Of a DNA stretch of 25,906 nucleotides, positions 24,601 through 25,906 are shown one piece after another. The notes beneath the pieces are model-generated. The model made no database searches, was not told the origin of the DNA, and saw only the letters and a program-made list of their open reading frames with translations. Source of the DNA: an uncultured Myxococcales bacterium (GTDB taxonomy: Bacteria; Myxococcota; UBA4151); assembly GCA_964013405.1 (NCBI GenBank), contig CAXGWI010000036.1:1-25906 (forward strand), in the 5' to 3' direction. Both the position numbers and the translations under genes were made by a program. How positions within the stretch are numbered: the stretch's first letter is position 1; each line of letters opens with the position of its first letter.

Positions 24601-25233
24601 GCTGGTTTCGTCATTGGTGCCGATGGTGACAAGACCCTCTCGAAGTACGAGAAGAAGATCGCCAAGATCGATAACCACCGGAAACTCTGGATTGGTCCAC
24701 GCAATGAGCTGCGCAAGACCAGTGTGCGCACGGAGATCACGTTCTCAGATGCCGGTCTCGATCGCCTTGAGGGGAAAACGGAAGGTGATATCTGGTCGGC
24801 CTTTGCCACGGCGAAGAATGCCCTCAACGACGCGGCAGACCGGCCCGCATGGACCGATCCCGATCGCCGGGCAAGCCTTGCCAACGGGACCGCGAGTTTC
24901 CGGGTCAACTCCGGCGCGATCATCACCAACGACGCCGACGCCTATGACCGGGCATCGTATCGCCAGGCGAAGCGCTTCGTGACTGGACTCACCGCCGCTG
25001 CGAAACTCCCAGAAGAAGACCGCAACGACGCGATCCGCGAGACCCTTGCCACGTTCAAAGGGGACCCGGCGACCATCGGTGCCATGGTTGAGTTGCTCGG
25101 TCGGGATGTGGTCCGCATGGACCTTAAGGTGGACAGCAACGCGGGTAAGAAGAAGACCCAATACGACTTCAAGCTGACCACCAAGGGTGACGAGTACGAC
25201 GTAACGAAGACAACCTTCGGCGCCAATCTCTAA
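21667..25233 (+). CDS. Large hypothetical protein (1188 aa): about 28-aa beta-hairpin repeat region plus unknown C-terminal alpha/beta domain
   Basis: Long uninterrupted ORF with strong GC3 bias and SD-like AAGGGGGG; no Cys and no Sec signal seen. Confidence 0.85.
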   Translation: MPRIPGGRNNGGSNETPTVTERERTRSRTGDDRDKAKYDNGRVRYDWDVYTDPQGDHRGKVGLGHRDEKNDIYGSIEFNERTDRLKGTVEAEREINENLDVRGALGRDNDGYHSGRLGGRASGEDGWVDLQMDFNEKTDRLDGRLKSRYKVSDDTTARVEYTARNNKADSWEVGAKHRTGPGDYVDGEVGRGSTMGGYGAGRWVRKDDGELLDDHWVRYSEKKGLEIKSKAHREGENWEADHSLTRNKGVTKHKFSAEHEGEDAKHTIRTNFEHDAKNRTAGDVTVGRQGEDYDAALRLRKDKSGLKKARLTGSKDISDDTTLAGRIDIDDKGRWKAGGTVDHEINDDLRVREGIAVDHKGVVSHEHGAQIDFADDKGVVDASMTHSSDGAHHERVTVGYNTESGGRHSGSVEHRETATGRTTNRAEYRYSNPEGRRVRADIGKTEENRFLGVGVSNRVDARTTERFDVDWSDDRGLEGSGGIRRDINHDTHIEGRLSGSLRDRDIRADVSVGHEFDEDVSMDAGLSFARRDGKIAGNVSVTDAMGDDDLGASLRLGAGRTDRHVHAEAGGDVSFGNVFGASTGNIGGDVGIKVTKRVAVKTGRGEAGKLREEMLAEQPEGAGYVRYGIKGKASGKAGISLPLGPGYVETGLKAGKTYAVEFTRLDENPDLGRHPTRAELAIPGTADELLALKAGEAVAISGETTHAYMAGGGFGAAMGAVGIGEAGIKAGADATYAITGKTRTEVLRGGDSSARMTLRASDMHTKDAGLKVKVGITPNLPDLGADVGPVGDVATGIAKGVLSQWMSVGVRKSTEKGEGDNRLMDVRLDLSDDEAKTAYDAAMKGDWSAIKAMHDAGHPAVKLEKTILTDIHEKATPLVVHGLGMSYVSENREVKKDSQVEVGDRQFNVESDKDSNTRAKDGWFLDTKVEVSDYSRTVRPEEGSDLGRVKGEERYLSWSRSRTDSFSSKDEVLEQLGLAGFVIGADGDKTLSKYEKKIAKIDNHRKLWIGPRNELRKTSVRTEITFSDAGLDRLEGKTEGDIWSAFATAKNALNDAADRPAWTDPDRRASLANGTASFRVNSGAIITNDADAYDRASYRQAKRFVTGLTAAAKLPEEDRNDAIRETLATFKGDPATIGAMVELLGRDVVRMDLKVDSNAGKKKTQYDFKLTTKGDEYDVTKTTFGANL

Positions 25234-25236
25234 GCC

Positions 25237-25905
25237 TTAGACCTTGCCCCCAAGACGGCGATAATTTCGAGCGGCCGCATGGTCGGACCGGTTCTGATCA
25301 AGGGCAGCGCGAAAATGGCGCTTGGCCGATTCAGGACGATCGAAACGCAAAGCTAACTCGCCGAGCATTCGCTCCGAGCCAACAAGAACGAGGTCCTCAA
25401 GGCGTTCTTTCAGGGTCTCGTAGACCGTTTCCGCATCCAACTCCCCGCCCATGGCGGCACAGAAGTCGTTGAGCATTTGGAAGCGTGGGTCGGCCGGATT
25501 GACTTCGACGAGTTCTTGAACCAGGCGGTTGGCCTGCTTGTACCGAGACTCAGCGAGCAAGCGTTCGACCCGACGCATGGTCCCATCCGTCGCCAAGAGC
25601 ACCTCCACGTCGCTGGACGCACCGCTGGCTTCCCGGTCGAGCTGAGCATCGTATTCCTTACGCTTATCAGGGTCGGAGAGCGCCTCCCTGGCCACGCCAG
25701 CAGCCGCTTGGATACGGGCCACAAGTTCTTGGTCGCTGCCCAGTTCAATGTCCCGCAGACGATCCGCATGATAACGGACAAAAATAGCTCGAAAGCCATC
25801 CTGAACCGCCTGTTTATCCGCTGACTTTTCGACCCCGAGCACCTGGTAATGTGTCAGATGAGGCAGGTTCATGGCGAACTCCCGGATCCCCTCTCGGATC
25901 TCCCG
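25237..25905 (-). CDS. J-domain-like + TPR protein (probably 5'-partial)
   Basis: HYQVLGV..YHADR..AREALSDPDKRKEYD J-domain pattern followed by TPR-like helices (AKRHFRAALDQN). The frame stays open to the window edge (REIREGIREFA-MNLP), so the real start probably lies outside the window. Confidence 0.8.
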   Translation of the reverse strand, partial: REIREGIREFAMNLPHLTHYQVLGVEKSADKQAVQDGFRAIFVRYHADRLRDIELGSDQELVARIQAAAGVAREALSDPDKRKEYDAQLDREASGASSDVEVLLATDGTMRRVERLLAESRYKQANRLVQELVEVNPADPRFQMLNDFCAAMGGELDAETVYETLKERLEDLVLVGSERMLGELALRFDRPESAKRHFRAALDQNRSDHAAARNYRRLGGKV

Positions 25906-25906
25906 A

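Noticed and set aside
21667..25233. Classical outer-membrane porin, autotransporter, RHS or RTX assignment for the large protein
   Set aside because: No signal peptide, terminal aromatic residue, YD-repeat core or GGxGxD nonapeptides were seen.

Overview
A gene-dense, GC-rich bacterial window, most likely from a Myxococcota-like deltaproteobacterium. This is inferred from a MYXO-CTERM-type tail, Myxococcus-type Cys-rich repeats, a Hanks kinase and an FHA-GGDEF protein. From left to right it holds: the 5' end of a probable membrane pyrophosphatase gene (hppA); a minus-strand envelope operon (GNAT, alpha/beta hydrolase, membrane protein, lpxB, PAP2 phosphatase, polyprenol-P-mannose synthase-like GT2, msbA); an orphan rfbC; two surface proteins (a 15-repeat Cys-rich lipoprotein and an HEXXH metallopeptidase with a MYXO-CTERM-like anchor); a secreted hypothetical protein; a Ser/Thr kinase; a fused membrane/spermidine-synthase-like protein; yhbY; a DUF4388-like protein; a PP2C-cNMP phosphatase coupled to an FHA-GGDEF cyclase; an unexplained 1188-aa Cys-free protein with about 28-aa beta-hairpin repeats; and a partial J-domain/TPR gene whose HPD motif reads HAD. 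No rRNA, tRNA, CRISPR array or mobile element was recognised. The best candidates for new biology are the 1188-aa beta-meander protein, a possible pathway replacing lipid A phosphate with a sugar, and a pThr/cNMP/c-di-GMP signalling circuit. All family assignments come from motif recognition by eye; no searches were run.
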